From Candidatus Poribacteria bacterium (lineage in GTDB: Bacteria > Poribacteria > WGA-4E > JAJDTR01): DNA of 64,000 bases. Where the stretch lies: assembly GCA_965222225.1 (NCBI GenBank), contig CBDCTK010000002.1, positions 3,040,001 to 3,104,000 of the forward strand, read 5' to 3'. Made by a program: the position numbers and the translations under genes. The notes beneath the pieces were generated by a model. That model was not told where the DNA came from and ran no database searches. It was given only the letters and a program-made list of their open reading frames with translations. Below, piece after piece: positions 32,492-43,022 of this stretch. Position 1 is the first letter of the stretch. Each line of letters starts with the position of its first letter.

Positions 32492-32620
32492 CACTGTGGG
32501 GACGCGGGGAATCACACATTCCGGATTCCCGCGCTTGTCCGATTAGATGTGGGAACGCTGTTAGCCTTCTGTGAAGGCAGACAGGGAGGCGGTGGGGATT
32601 CGGGAGACATTGATATCGAC
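32492..32620 (+). pseudogene. GH33 sialidase N-terminal remnant
   Basis: HTFRIPALVRLDVGTLLAFCEGR…DSGDID (FRIP motif) with no start codon or continuation. Confidence 0.75.
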
Positions 32621-32789
32621 AATCTGAAGTGCGCAAGTCACAGCATCTGGTCTCTTCATACGTAGGGTTGGCACTGCCCGCCGTCCCAAGCGACGCGGTG
32701 TGCCATGTAAGCCTTTCAAGCAACTCCCTACCCCATTTGCGATTTGATGATCGCAGATTGCCATCGGTGCTTTCAAAGGCTGGTGGGCA

Positions 32790-33170
32790 AGGGATTCCTA
32801 TCGCGCTCACTATCCGTTCGTTTAATCGCTCCTAACAAGGACTTATACCTGTGAGGACTTCTATCGCACTCCCTATCCGGTCGCTTGATCCTTTTTCAGT
32901 CGCTTGAACTATTCGGTCAGTTGGTCCTTATTCAGTAGCTTGAGAAGATCTCTATCGATCAAGTGAGCGAACAGCGAACGCGATAGCCCATCTTGTTCGC
33001 TATTCGGTTGCTTGATCTATCTGCCCAGTTCACTATTCGCTTGAGGGATTTGCTATCAAGACTTTCTATCGCCTTAGGCTCCCTATCGCGCTAGGATCTC
33101 TATTGGGATTAGCTATCGCGGTCGTTATTCACTCCCTTGATCCTTCGCTATCCGGTCGCGTGATCCCTTG
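32790..33170. repeat. Dense mosaic of complete and partial CTATCGC…TTGATC hairpin elements
   Basis: Full units at 32798, 32861, 33113, an inverted unit at 32957 and several half units. Confidence 0.85.
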
Positions 33171-33266
33171 AGAACGAGGCAATTAAGACTTGATACTCAG
33201 GTAAGCGTTGGTGTACACTTTTCCCGTGAGTAGACTAGACTAAGTGTAGCTAATAAGGAGAAGGCG

Positions 33267-33503
33267 GTGAAAATTACCAATATTCATAAAGCCAAGACTC
33301 GATTTTCGCAGCTCATTGAGCGGGCGCAAGCTGGTGAAGAGGTTATCATCGCTAAAGCGGGGGTGCCGGTCGCCAAGCTCATTCGCTACGATGAAGGCGA
33401 CGCTCCCCGCCAGCCGGGGTTCTGGCGCGGAAAGGTGAGGATTGCGGATGATTTCGACGAATTGCCGGAAGCATTTACCACATTTTTCGAGGAGGGAAAC
33501 TAA
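33267..33503 (+). CDS. Phd/YefM-family antitoxin
   Basis: NIHKAKTRFSQLIERAQAGEEVIIAKAGVPVAKL; AGGAG RBS. Confidence 0.9.
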   Translation: MKITNIHKAKTRFSQLIERAQAGEEVIIAKAGVPVAKLIRYDEGDAPRQPGFWRGKVRIADDFDELPEAFTTFFEEGN

Positions 33504-33888
33504 TGGTTCTTTCACTCGATACACATGTGCTGCTATGGTGGCTCGCTGATGACGCGGCGCTTTCCCAAACAGTACGTGCGGCGATTTCAGATGGAAGGAA
33601 TCTCGTGTTTGTCAGTGCCGCTGCCGCGTGGGAAATAGTGATTAAAAGCGCGCTGGGTAAGTGGGTAAGCTTGATATACCGTCTGATTTGGAAGCCGCTT
33701 TAACAGCCAATCGATTTCAACCGCTGCCGATAACGATTCCTCATGCCCTAGCCGTTGCAGATCTCCCACATCATCATAATGACCCTTTTGATCGCCTGTT
33801 AATCGCGCAGGCGAAGGTTGAAGGTTTTACACTGGTTACCGCGGATGAGCAAATCAAGAAGTATGATGTTTCCATCATGGAAGCATGA
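33503..33888 (+). pseudogene. vapC: VapC (PIN) toxin frameshifted by an 8-bp duplication
   Basis: LDTHVLLW, SAAAAWEI, HNDPFDRLLIAQA, LVTAD; TGGGTAAG repeated at 33654-33669. Confidence 0.88.
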
Positions 33889-34165
33889 GCCTGTAGGTTG
33901 GATTGATGGGCGTCAACGCCAATAAAATTACCCGCACGGGGTTCGAGGTTCAATACGACTTGAAACTCTCGCGCCCACTGAATCCCAATTTGATAATCAA
34001 CGTTGGGTTGGATTGAGGTGTTGGGTTTCGTTCTGATTCGGTTCAAGTCCGCCTGATTGAAAAGCAAAAGCTCATTGTGATTTACAGTGATTCGCATTTA
34101 ACCACTCAACCCAACCTACGTCACTGCACAATGAAGCCGCAGTGATTTTGCTCCGCAGGGTGAGT

Positions 34166-34279
34166 GCAGCACGAGAAACGGGAGGTGATGTCGCCGTATT
34201 CGTGCGGTTTGAAGAGGTCTCGGAGGACCTCGTCGGCTACGTTCCAGACGAGGTTAGCGAGTTCTTGGTAGTTTGCCAT
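34166..34279 (-). pseudogene. hsdM: Type I restriction-modification HsdM N-terminal remnant
   Basis: MANYQELANLVWNVADEVLRDLFKPHEYGDI then (shifted) LPFLVL. Confidence 0.75.
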
Positions 34280-34306
34280 GGGGGTTTTCCTTGAGATTAT
34301 GCTCGA

Positions 34307-37300
34307 TCAATGTACTCTTTCCTCGCGCATCCTTTCCCGTCCAGATTGCGCTTCCAATCCCGCCACAAATTCATCAATCCATCGATTGACATTATCGTCA
34401 TCTTCAATGTCCCTTATCTGAAGTAGCTTCTCTTTTTTCGCTTGTAAGTGCGAGCTAGCAGGGCCAAACGATACTCCAGACAAATAGTTACTCATGAGAC
34501 TGTGTTTTATCTCTTCTTGGCTTCCGTAGCGGACAAGGAACTCTCGCACCAAGGAGGCTTTCCACTTCTTGACCGAGTAGGTTTTGGGCACGACTCTTTC
34601 GGCGAAATACCATGCTCGGTTTTCTGTATCTTCGCCAATCCAGTCCCAGATTAGTTCGTGTGGAATGCGTAATAGGGCAGGTTTAGTTTCTTCCCGCCCC
34701 CAAGAACTTCCTTCTCTAAGCCATTGCTCAAGGGCAAATTTCTTTGAAGAATATTCGTGGTTCTCCAAGAGTCTGCTGACCTGCTTCCAGATTTCAGCAG
34801 GACATTTCTCCGTAATTTCGTCAAGCATTGAACATGTTCGTGAGTAAGGATTTACAATTGAGCCCTTTTCGCCAAAATGGGAAAGCATTAACGTCGCAAG
34901 TTTCAGCTTTTTTTCGGGCTCGAGTTGAAGGAATGCTTTCGAAATCTCTGTCCAATAGTAGTCTCTCATTGTAGAATCAACGCGCGATCCGTCAGTCTCT
35001 TTGAACAGCGCCGGATGTGTGATCAGTCGGAATGTCAATTCAAACGGCAAGGTCGGCTCCGTTTTTTGAAAAACGTGGTAGCGGTGGAAGAGATTCACCG
35101 CAAGCGACACAGAAGTTTTGTCGGTGACGCGCAGTAGAAATGTCATCCATTCCGTGAAGACTTTATCGGAAAGATTGTTGATCTGTTGTCCATACGCAAA
35201 GAATCTAAACTGGCTAATGTCAATGATGTCTCTTTCTGCAAGGTCGAGAATACGTAATCCTGCCCGATCTGTTAGTCCTGAACGGTTGGTAAGTTCTGGA
35301 AGCAACAACCTTAATTTTGCATCATCAATGAGTGCGTCAAGTTGTGTCTCCCATAGGCCTGTGTCCGATTCAAAAAGCGCGCTGTAATAACCGCCGAGAA
35401 AAGCGGTGCTCGCATTTTCACCCGCGTTTCGCTGAGCATCAAGGAGCATTGGCAAAAGGGAGAATCCATCGTCTCTTTTCGCAAGTTCACGTCCAAAATA
35501 GTATCCCTTCTGTGCCTCGGTTGTGACAAGCCAATCTAGTTCTGATTGTAACAGGATTGCATTGTCAAGAGCTCGTTTGGCGAGTTCTTCAATATGTGGT
35601 TGTGCTCGATCTACCTGATTTCCGTCTTCATCGAATTCGTCCTCCAACAAAGCCATACCGACGTACCGTTTCATCATGAATTGAAAGTCAGGTGTAACTA
35701 ATTTATCCATGAGTTGCTCCCACAGCTCTAAGGTTTTGGCAGGTATATCGCTGCCATCGTAGTGTAGGATTTGCTTAACGGTCTCAACAACGTGCCTTTC
35801 GCTTACATATCTTTCTTTTACAATCGTACCGACCGTTTCCACAACCATACCAGCTAAAGCCGGAATTCTTCCAATCTCACGCGCACGTCCGATTAGAATA
35901 GTCGCACCTTCTTTACGCTCGTCTTCGGGTAAACATCTCAACCGTTCTTCTAGTAGCTTCCACACTTTGCGGAGAGCATCCAAAAATTGGCCATATGTCT
36001 TGGGTTCCCATAATTTAGGTTTCTGACGCAGACCTTGATATTCTGGACTTCCAAATCGCGAAAATTCGCTTGATTCTAAAGCTACATCACACGCCTTCAA
36101 TGCCAAGGAACGTTGTGCTTTTGATTCCGAATCAATCGCGCCCTGCAAGATAGGAAATCGTTCTTTTGGAGATGCTTCTGTCGGTGCCACACCGCCAGGT
36201 GCCGGCGAGAAGAACTCGGCAAACTTTCCCTCACCAAGAGCAAGGAGTAATTCTGCAGCGTCCGCAAAATGCTCCTTCCACACAGCAATCTTTTCGAGTG
36301 CTAATACCACGTAAGTACCTTCGACGAATTGCGATAGGGTTTCCCCATCACATGTCCTAACTGTTTTCTTAAGGCATTCTAGGGCGGATTTTGGGTCTGC
36401 TTCAGTCAGTGCCAAGAAAAAGGGGCCGCCGTGACTTGTCTGCAAATAGTTTTGTTGTTGGAAGGGACCGTCTGGGCCGAGAAGGTCCTTGACAGCACTT
36501 AATGCCACGCCCGACCTAGACGCGTACGAAAACATCTCATAGAACCACTCGATTAATTTTGATTCGCAGGGAAAATCTTTAATGAATTCATCTAAGTCAA
36601 AGGTTCTGCCATAGATATCCCACCATTCTGTCCATAACTTGATCTGGAGGGCTTTGGGCGTAATGGCAAGTGTATAATCCCCGTCAAGGATTTTACGTTT
36701 CTTTAGGTTGTCAACGATTTCCTGAAATATCGTCCACGTAATCTGGGGATCCGCCTCCTCAATCTTTTTGGAAACGGCTTCGGCGTCTTCGCCAACAGGA
36801 TTCTCAAAACCGAATTGCTTAAACAGTGCCATGTATCGGAGTACCCGTCTGCGTTGTTCCGTTCTTTCCTGACTTGGATGATCTACTGGGACAATATAAC
36901 GCTCCCAAGTATTGACCGTGCTCAGTGGGGCAAGTGCATCCTTTGGATAATTTGCCAAATTCCAACCAACAACATGTGCTACTCGTGGTGAACCGTTGCA
37001 GAGCTCAACCCATCGCCTATCCCCAAGATCGGGGGCTTTCGTATGTTGTTTGATGATGTTGCTAATCTGGTCGTCGCTTAGACGTTGGGGAACATAGGGC
37101 GAAATATCTCCTGCAGCTTCTTCATGATTGTTATAGATGGTAATGAGTCTGATTTTCGGACTACGATACTTCAGTTTATCCAAAATTTCCGATCGACTAT
37201 GCAGATTGCAATCATCAATTACCACTATCGCGGAATAGTCGTTTTCGTCGTTGCAAAGCTCATCCATCAGAAACTTGTCTTGAAGAAATTGGTCAGCCGG

Positions 37301-38098
37301 GGCGTAAATCACTAGAGGCGCTAGGTCTGTGGCGTTTGTTGCTTCCAAAACAAGCCTCGTCTTGCCGATGCCGGGCCGCCCGGACACTAACATAGGATCC
37401 TTATTATCGGCGCGCCGTAAATCACTCCGAAGATTTTCAATCAATTCATCCTGAGATTCTCCATGAACAAATGGACGTTGCATGCTCGCATCTCGCGACC
37501 AACTGTCATGCGTTTGAAACTTTGCGCTATTGCGTCCATTGACCCACAAAGACAGTGATGGGAACAACTGAAGGAATCGAATAAGGGTATTTTGGGCCCA
37601 CACTTCAACCTTCGCCTTTGGATAACCACACGTTTCTAGGTAATCTTTAATGAGTTTGGAGGCTTTTTTCCGGTTGGGAGGAACAAGACAATCAATTCCA
37701 GTGCAAACTAAAACGTAAATACCACGTTCATCAAGGCAATCCTTGGTGCTTTCTCTTAAGTTCTCTTTTTCAGGGGTTTTAGGAGTTCCTTTCTTGAAGA
37801 GTTCCTTGCGCACATCCCCGTCTCGCCACGGCTTAAAGGCAGTTCCTGATCGGATTTGGTAACCGTTTTTGCCAGGGGCAATTATATCGCTCTGTTTCGC
37901 AAGTAGGTCTGCATCAACGGTAGCATCAATTCCACCATCAGGGATTTTGGTTTCACTCGGCACATTAATCTTGCAGGTTCCCGGGCCAAGTCTGTTCGCT
38001 TCAGCCCATAGCAGTTTGGTGAAGAACTCAACTGCTGTGTCCTCATCTAGTAGGTCAAGATGCTTCTTTTTGGCGGTAAATATTGTCTCGTTATTCAT
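34307..38098 (-). CDS. Large STAND-like NTPase with N-terminal restriction-endonuclease-like domain and helical C-terminus (putative antiviral sensor-effector)
   Basis: PDGGIDA…YQIRSG N-terminus; Walker A GRPGIGKT; Walker B IVVIDDC; GSPRVA; long alpha-helical tail; lower GC. Confidence 0.65.
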   Translation of the reverse strand: MNNETIFTAKKKHLDLLDEDTAVEFFTKLLWAEANRLGPGTCKINVPSETKIPDGGIDATVDADLLAKQSDIIAPGKNGYQIRSGTAFKPWRDGDVRKELFKKGTPKTPEKENLRESTKDCLDERGIYVLVCTGIDCLVPPNRKKASKLIKDYLETCGYPKAKVEVWAQNTLIRFLQLFPSLSLWVNGRNSAKFQTHDSWSRDASMQRPFVHGESQDELIENLRSDLRRADNKDPMLVSGRPGIGKTRLVLEATNATDLAPLVIYAPADQFLQDKFLMDELCNDENDYSAIVVIDDCNLHSRSEILDKLKYRSPKIRLITIYNNHEEAAGDISPYVPQRLSDDQISNIIKQHTKAPDLGDRRWVELCNGSPRVAHVVGWNLANYPKDALAPLSTVNTWERYIVPVDHPSQERTEQRRRVLRYMALFKQFGFENPVGEDAEAVSKKIEEADPQITWTIFQEIVDNLKKRKILDGDYTLAITPKALQIKLWTEWWDIYGRTFDLDEFIKDFPCESKLIEWFYEMFSYASRSGVALSAVKDLLGPDGPFQQQNYLQTSHGGPFFLALTEADPKSALECLKKTVRTCDGETLSQFVEGTYVVLALEKIAVWKEHFADAAELLLALGEGKFAEFFSPAPGGVAPTEASPKERFPILQGAIDSESKAQRSLALKACDVALESSEFSRFGSPEYQGLRQKPKLWEPKTYGQFLDALRKVWKLLEERLRCLPEDERKEGATILIGRAREIGRIPALAGMVVETVGTIVKERYVSERHVVETVKQILHYDGSDIPAKTLELWEQLMDKLVTPDFQFMMKRYVGMALLEDEFDEDGNQVDRAQPHIEELAKRALDNAILLQSELDWLVTTEAQKGYYFGRELAKRDDGFSLLPMLLDAQRNAGENASTAFLGGYYSALFESDTGLWETQLDALIDDAKLRLLLPELTNRSGLTDRAGLRILDLAERDIIDISQFRFFAYGQQINNLSDKVFTEWMTFLLRVTDKTSVSLAVNLFHRYHVFQKTEPTLPFELTFRLITHPALFKETDGSRVDSTMRDYYWTEISKAFLQLEPEKKLKLATLMLSHFGEKGSIVNPYSRTCSMLDEITEKCPAEIWKQVSRLLENHEYSSKKFALEQWLREGSSWGREETKPALLRIPHELIWDWIGEDTENRAWYFAERVVPKTYSVKKWKASLVREFLVRYGSQEEIKHSLMSNYLSGVSFGPASSHLQAKKEKLLQIRDIEDDDNVNRWIDEFVAGLEAQSGRERMREERVH

Positions 38099-38697
38099 TG
38101 TTTATTCCAAACCAATTGTCGTTTTCACGAGTAAAGCAAGGCAATCATACAAAATGTCAGCCAGGGAGTCAATACAAACACAAAAGGCGCGACAGGTAAG
38201 AATACCCGCCGCGCCCTCTGTGTAGTTCCATGCAGATTAAACGTGTCTTGTGTAGTTGCGACTTGTTTCGACGTGGCCTGTCGCAAAGTCCAGAGTTGCT
38301 ACGTAAGGAGCGGCTATGTCATGTCCAGTTGCGTTGTCTTGTCGGGTTAAGGGTTAGTTTTAGCGTTATTTTGCACGGAAGTTAATGGATTGTATCACGA
38401 AGCGCGTGAAATCGCAAGCCGAAGATATAAAAAGATGGGAAATCACGATTTGGATATTGTTCGTACAAGGCCCCACACCTGTCGCCATTACAGGGCTTTT
38501 CAAAGGCTGGTGGGCAGTGCCCACCCTACAGTATCCACTGTGTAAGGAGCGCAGACCTACGTTCCCTACGGTGTCGGTCGAAATCGAAAATATCCAGACT
38601 CACGCTTGAAGTTGGGTTTCACCGGGTTCTATGGGATTTCTATCGCGACTGTCGCGAGTGAAACTCGCTCCTACAGAGACCTACCGCTGTCACACCG

Positions 38698-39792
38698 CTA
38701 CGAGACCGTGACCGGGGTGCCGGAGCGTCCAGAGTCAATGGCGGCTTGGACGGTGGCGCATATGGCGCGCCCGGCTCGCGCGTCGAGGATGGTGTCGCCA
38801 TCGGTGTCGATTGCCTGAGCGAAGTTCTCGGGTAACCGGAATTCGTTGTCGCCGGCGACGCGTCGAAGGGGATAGTCGGCTCTCGGTTGGCCCCGATAGT
38901 AGACGTAAATCGCGGGACGTGACTCACTGATGACGAGAGCTCCCTTCGAGCCGAGAACATGAGTCTTAATTTCTCCGATGTCGGGGTGGCTCGCGGAACC
39001 GATGCGACCAATACACAGGGATCCGAGGATGTCCTTATCAATCTCCAGCGTAACGGTTGCCAAGTCCTCAATGTCGTTATCCACGCAGGCTTGATGGAAA
39101 TGTGCGGTCGTGCGGGCAAAGACCTTCTTGACAACCGCCCCGGCCAGCACCCGTATAGAGGCGAGTGGATAAATCCCCTCAACCTTTAGTTCTCCCATAG
39201 GGCCAACGCCGCCATCGGATGCGTCCGCATGCGCTCCCATCTGCCGCTCCAGTCGGTTGATGGGAGGCTTCTTGGGCTTGCTCGGATCTTTTGGCGGTCC
39301 TTTGTCCTTGGCGAAATAGAAATCGGCATGGATGGCGTAAGGTTCGCCGATCCTGCCGCTCTCCAACACCTCCTTGGCCTGGATTAGGGCTGGCAGAAAG
39401 TTGCGATTCCAGAGCAGGAACTTCACGCCGTTGCGTTTGACCGCCTCAACCACTCGGTCACACTCGGAAACGCGGTCGGACATGGGTTTATCCTGCACGA
39501 TGTGCAATCCGGCGTCGGCGGCACGGACGCTCAAATCGCAGTGGCGTTCCGCCTCCGAGCTTACCACGGCGACCTGTACGTTATAGTCCGCGATGGCGCG
39601 TTCGACATCACGGACATAGGGAATATTGTAGTCGTCCGCAAACTTCTGGTTGCGTTCATGCACCCAATCGGGCTGATCGGGGTCGTCGGCGGCGACCACA
39701 GGCTCGAAACGGGGGTGTGCCGCCATCGCGACGGGGACATAGGCGTGTTTCACGACGCTTAGCGCGACAAATCGGAACTTAAGCGAGTTCAT
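38698..39792 (-). CDS. Gfo/Idh/MocA oxidoreductase (duplicate of 40973..42073)
   Basis: AGLHIVQDKPM; near-identical to paralog. Confidence 0.85.
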   Translation of the reverse strand: MNSLKFRFVALSVVKHAYVPVAMAAHPRFEPVVAADDPDQPDWVHERNQKFADDYNIPYVRDVERAIADYNVQVAVVSSEAERHCDLSVRAADAGLHIVQDKPMSDRVSECDRVVEAVKRNGVKFLLWNRNFLPALIQAKEVLESGRIGEPYAIHADFYFAKDKGPPKDPSKPKKPPINRLERQMGAHADASDGGVGPMGELKVEGIYPLASIRVLAGAVVKKVFARTTAHFHQACVDNDIEDLATVTLEIDKDILGSLCIGRIGSASHPDIGEIKTHVLGSKGALVISESRPAIYVYYRGQPRADYPLRRVAGDNEFRLPENFAQAIDTDGDTILDARAGRAICATVQAAIDSGRSGTPVTVS

Positions 39793-39970
39793 ATCTACCT
39801 CCGTTCAATCGTAGAGCCTGTTGAGACTGTAGAGAAGTCACGGCGGCTTGGGCGCGAACAGGCTGGGGATCGGCCATGGCAACAAACGCCGCATTCAGCA
39901 ATCCCGGCGCCACAGTCGTATAGGAGGCGGCGATTACTCCACCGCCAATCAGGGCTAATCTGGTTGTCAA
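39779..39970 (-). pseudogene. Internally deleted copy of the oxidoreductase at 42060..43022
   Basis: First ~45 and last ~19 residues of the paralog joined at RAQAA|VTSLQ. Confidence 0.9.
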
Positions 39971-40254
39971 TGGATTTACACCTCCGTGTTAAGGATTTAC
40001 GTCTTCCATAGGAATCGATGTGATGGGTATTCGGATAGGATAACCGCATCTGATTTTAGATTCTTGGAGCGTCTTTCGTAATCGCCCTACTTTTTACAGG
40101 TCAATGCCCTTTGGTTGCCTTCTCCTTTTGGGACCAATGGCGTCATTTTTCGCAGATTAGCAGTTTCGACCCGCCTTATTGTTTACCGCAATACCAAGCC
40201 CCAGCGGGGATCAAACGAACGGATAGTGAGTGCGATAGAAATCCCACAGGTGCG

Positions 40255-40728
40255 TCATGTCTCGGATGCGTCGTCCGAACCAAAGACATATTTCGGATTG
40301 TAGGGGACATTAAAACGCTTCAAAAACTCAAGATATTCCTCTTTGAACGTCTGACGAGCATGATGTGCTTCCTGATTCTTGATATAACGTACAACACCGT
40401 GCAACTGAGCATGAGAATACGAGAACGCCGCGAAACCCGCCTGCCATTCAAATCGTCCGACAACCCATCTCTTTGTGTTAATAAATTTTGACGAATTTGC
40501 CTTGATGTCTCGCACCAGATCAGAGAGAGCAATGTCTGGAGCCATGCCGATGAGGATATGAATGTGATCGGGCATTGAATTAATCTGAATCACCGTCTGC
40601 ATTTTGCCAGTTATAATGCGGGTAATGTACTGGTGTGGCGCCTCTTTATGCTGTTTTGGAATGAGGCATTGTCTGCCTTTTACGGCGAAGACAACGTGCA
40701 GGTAAATTTGGGTGTACGTATCCGCCAT
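40255..40728 (-). CDS. tnpA: IS200/IS605-family (Y1 HUH) transposase TnpA, REP-flanked
   Basis: YLHVVFAVKGR, MPDHIHIL (HUH), FEWQAGF, YIKNQEAHH. Confidence 0.9.
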   Translation of the reverse strand: MADTYTQIYLHVVFAVKGRQCLIPKQHKEAPHQYITRIITGKMQTVIQINSMPDHIHILIGMAPDIALSDLVRDIKANSSKFINTKRWVVGRFEWQAGFAAFSYSHAQLHGVVRYIKNQEAHHARQTFKEEYLEFLKRFNVPYNPKYVFGSDDASET

Positions 40729-40972
40729 AGTGGCTTTCCTTAGAGGAACCGTTTACCTGTCGCCCCTCCGGGGCTTTGGTGTTTGGAGTTTCGGCGTTGC
40801 TATACACCTTCAGGATCTCTATCGCACGGGATTTACTATCGCGCTCCCTTTTCAGTCGCTTGATGGTTCAACCCAACCTACAGGGACCTACACTTGCCGT
40901 CCCGCCGGGGATTTCAAAGGCTGGTAAGAGCTCTATCGCACTCCCTATCCGGTCGCTTGATCGGTGCGCACC

Positions 40973-42073
40973 CTACGAGACCGTGACCGGGGTGTCGGAA
41001 CGCCCGGAGTCGATGGCGGCTTGGACGGTGGCGCAGATGGCGCGTCCGGCTCGCGCGTCAAGGATGGTGTCGCCATCGGTGTCGATCGCTTGGGCGAAGT
41101 TCTCGGGGAGCTGGAAGTTGTTGTCGTCGGCGACGCGCTGATGGGGATATTCGGTCGCCAGTTGGCCCCGATAGTAGACGCTGACTTCGGGACGCGCCTC
41201 GCTGATGACGAGCGCGCCCTCCGATCCGAGCACATGAATCTTAATCTCGCCGATGTCCGGGTGGCTGGCGGCGCCGATGCGTCCGATGCACAGCGTTCCG
41301 AGGATGCCCTGATTCATCTCCAGCGTGACGGTCGCCAGGTCCTCAATGTCGTTGTCAACGCAGGCTTGATGGAAGTGCGCGGTGGTGCGGGCAAAAACCT
41401 GCCGAACGTCCACTCCGGTCAGCATGCGTATGTAGGCAAGCGGATAGATTCCCTCAATCTTCAGTTCCCCCATGGGATCGGCGCCCACGCCGCCATCTGA
41501 CCCATCTTTATGAGCATCAATCTGCCGCTCCAGCCAGTTGATGGCAGGCTTTCTGGGCTGGTTCGGATCTTTCGGAGGTCCCGCGTCCTTGGCGAAATAG
41601 AAATCGGCATGGACGGCGTAGGGCTCGCCTATCCTACCACTCTCCAACACCTGCTTGGCTTGGATCACGGCTGGCAGACAGTTGCGATTCCAGAGCAGAA
41701 ATTTCACGCGGTTGCGTTCGACCGCCTCAACGACGCGGTCACACTCGGAAACGCGGTTCGACATGGGTTTATCCTGCACAATGTGCAATCCGGCGTCGGC
41801 GGCACGCACGCTCAAATCGCAGTGGCGTTCCGCCTCCGAGCTTACTACGGCGACCTGCACGTTATAATCGGCGATGGCGCGTTCGACATCACGGACATAG
41901 AGGATATTGTAGTCGTCCGCGAACTTCTGATTCCGTTCATGCACCCAGTCGGGCTGATCGGCATCGTCGGCGACGACCACAGGCTCGAAACGGGGGTGTG
42001 CCGCCATCGCGACAGGGACATAGGCGTGCTTGACGACGCTTAGCGCGACAAATCGAAATTTAGGCGAGTTCAT
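40973..42073 (-). CDS. Gfo/Idh/MocA oxidoreductase
   Basis: AGLHIVQDKPM; family C-terminal fold. Confidence 0.85.
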   Translation of the reverse strand: MNSPKFRFVALSVVKHAYVPVAMAAHPRFEPVVVADDADQPDWVHERNQKFADDYNILYVRDVERAIADYNVQVAVVSSEAERHCDLSVRAADAGLHIVQDKPMSNRVSECDRVVEAVERNRVKFLLWNRNCLPAVIQAKQVLESGRIGEPYAVHADFYFAKDAGPPKDPNQPRKPAINWLERQIDAHKDGSDGGVGADPMGELKIEGIYPLAYIRMLTGVDVRQVFARTTAHFHQACVDNDIEDLATVTLEMNQGILGTLCIGRIGAASHPDIGEIKIHVLGSEGALVISEARPEVSVYYRGQLATEYPHQRVADDNNFQLPENFAQAIDTDGDTILDARAGRAICATVQAAIDSGRSDTPVTVS

Positions 42074-43022
42074 AGCTACCTCCGTTCAATCGTAGAGCTT
42101 GTTGGGACTGGAGAGAGGTCACAGCGGCTTCGGCAACTTGGAGCGCGGTTCGGTTTTCCGTGCCGCTAGCCGCGGGTTCGCGCCCGTCCTCAACCGCGGA
42201 CACAAATTCCTCAAGCTGAGCGGCCAACGCGGCTGAACCTTGACCGGTGTCGATGGCGCTCGGATCTCCGCCTTGGAACACGAGGTTACGGTTGTGATGG
42301 TCGTCGGCATAGGCGGCGCCTGTCGATCCGATGAGGGACAGCGAGAGGTAGCCGTCGCCGTAGGGAAGTGTGCGAGCCTCGTCTATCAGAGCCATTCCGC
42401 CATCGGGAAAGCCGAGATGCACTTGGGCGTAACCCGGTCTTCCGACCGCATAGACCTCGGTGGGTAATCCATCGAACAGCCAGATGGCGAGGTCGATTCC
42501 GTTGACAGCCCCTCCCAGCACTATGTCGTCGGCACTATTCGGGCCTGAAGGCTGCGACCAGCGGTGCATACGCAGCAACCCTAGCTCTCCCAGCTTGCCC
42601 TCCGCCAAGGCCTTTTTCACCGCCTGCTGAGACGGCATGAAACGCAGGGAGCTGCTCGCCATGAGCCGCACGCCGGCAGACTGGCAGGCGTCAACGACCT
42701 TTTCGGCATCCTCCACCGACGGGGCGAGGGGCGAGGCGGTCAGGACATGCTTGCCCGCCTCCGCCGCTTGCAAGGCTAGGCTACTTCTGGCATGATTGGA
42801 TTCGGGGATTATCACGGCATCGAATGCTTCCGCGCCCCTCTCTAACAATTTCTCGAGCGAGTTTGCCATGACTGATGCGCCGAGCGAGTCAGCGGCGGCT
42901 TGGGCGCGATCAGGCTGCGGATCGACCACGGCAACAAACGCCACATTCGGCAAACGCGGCGCCACAGTAGCGTAGGTGGCGGCGATTTCTCCACCGCCAA
43001 TCAGGGCTAATCTGGTTGTCAA
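42060..43022 (-). CDS. Gfo/Idh/MocA-like oxidoreductase
   Basis: ALIGGGEIA Rossmann motif, AGKHVL, LRFMPS; GGAGG RBS before a TTG start. Confidence 0.8.
   Translation of the reverse strand: MTTRLALIGGGEIAATYATVAPRLPNVAFVAVVDPQPDRAQAAADSLGASVMANSLEKLLERGAEAFDAVIIPESNHARSSLALQAAEAGKHVLTASPLAPSVEDAEKVVDACQSAGVRLMASSSLRFMPSQQAVKKALAEGKLGELGLLRMHRWSQPSGPNSADDIVLGGAVNGIDLAIWLFDGLPTEVYAVGRPGYAQVHLGFPDGGMALIDEARTLPYGDGYLSLSLIGSTGAAYADDHHNRNLVFQGGDPSAIDTGQGSAALAAQLEEFVSAVEDGREPAASGTENRTALQVAEAAVTSLQSQQALRLNGGSYELA

Noticed and set aside
32790-33170. CRISPR array
   Set aside because: Units vary internally by covariation, spacing is irregular, orientations are mixed, there are no unique spacers and no cas genes are in the window.
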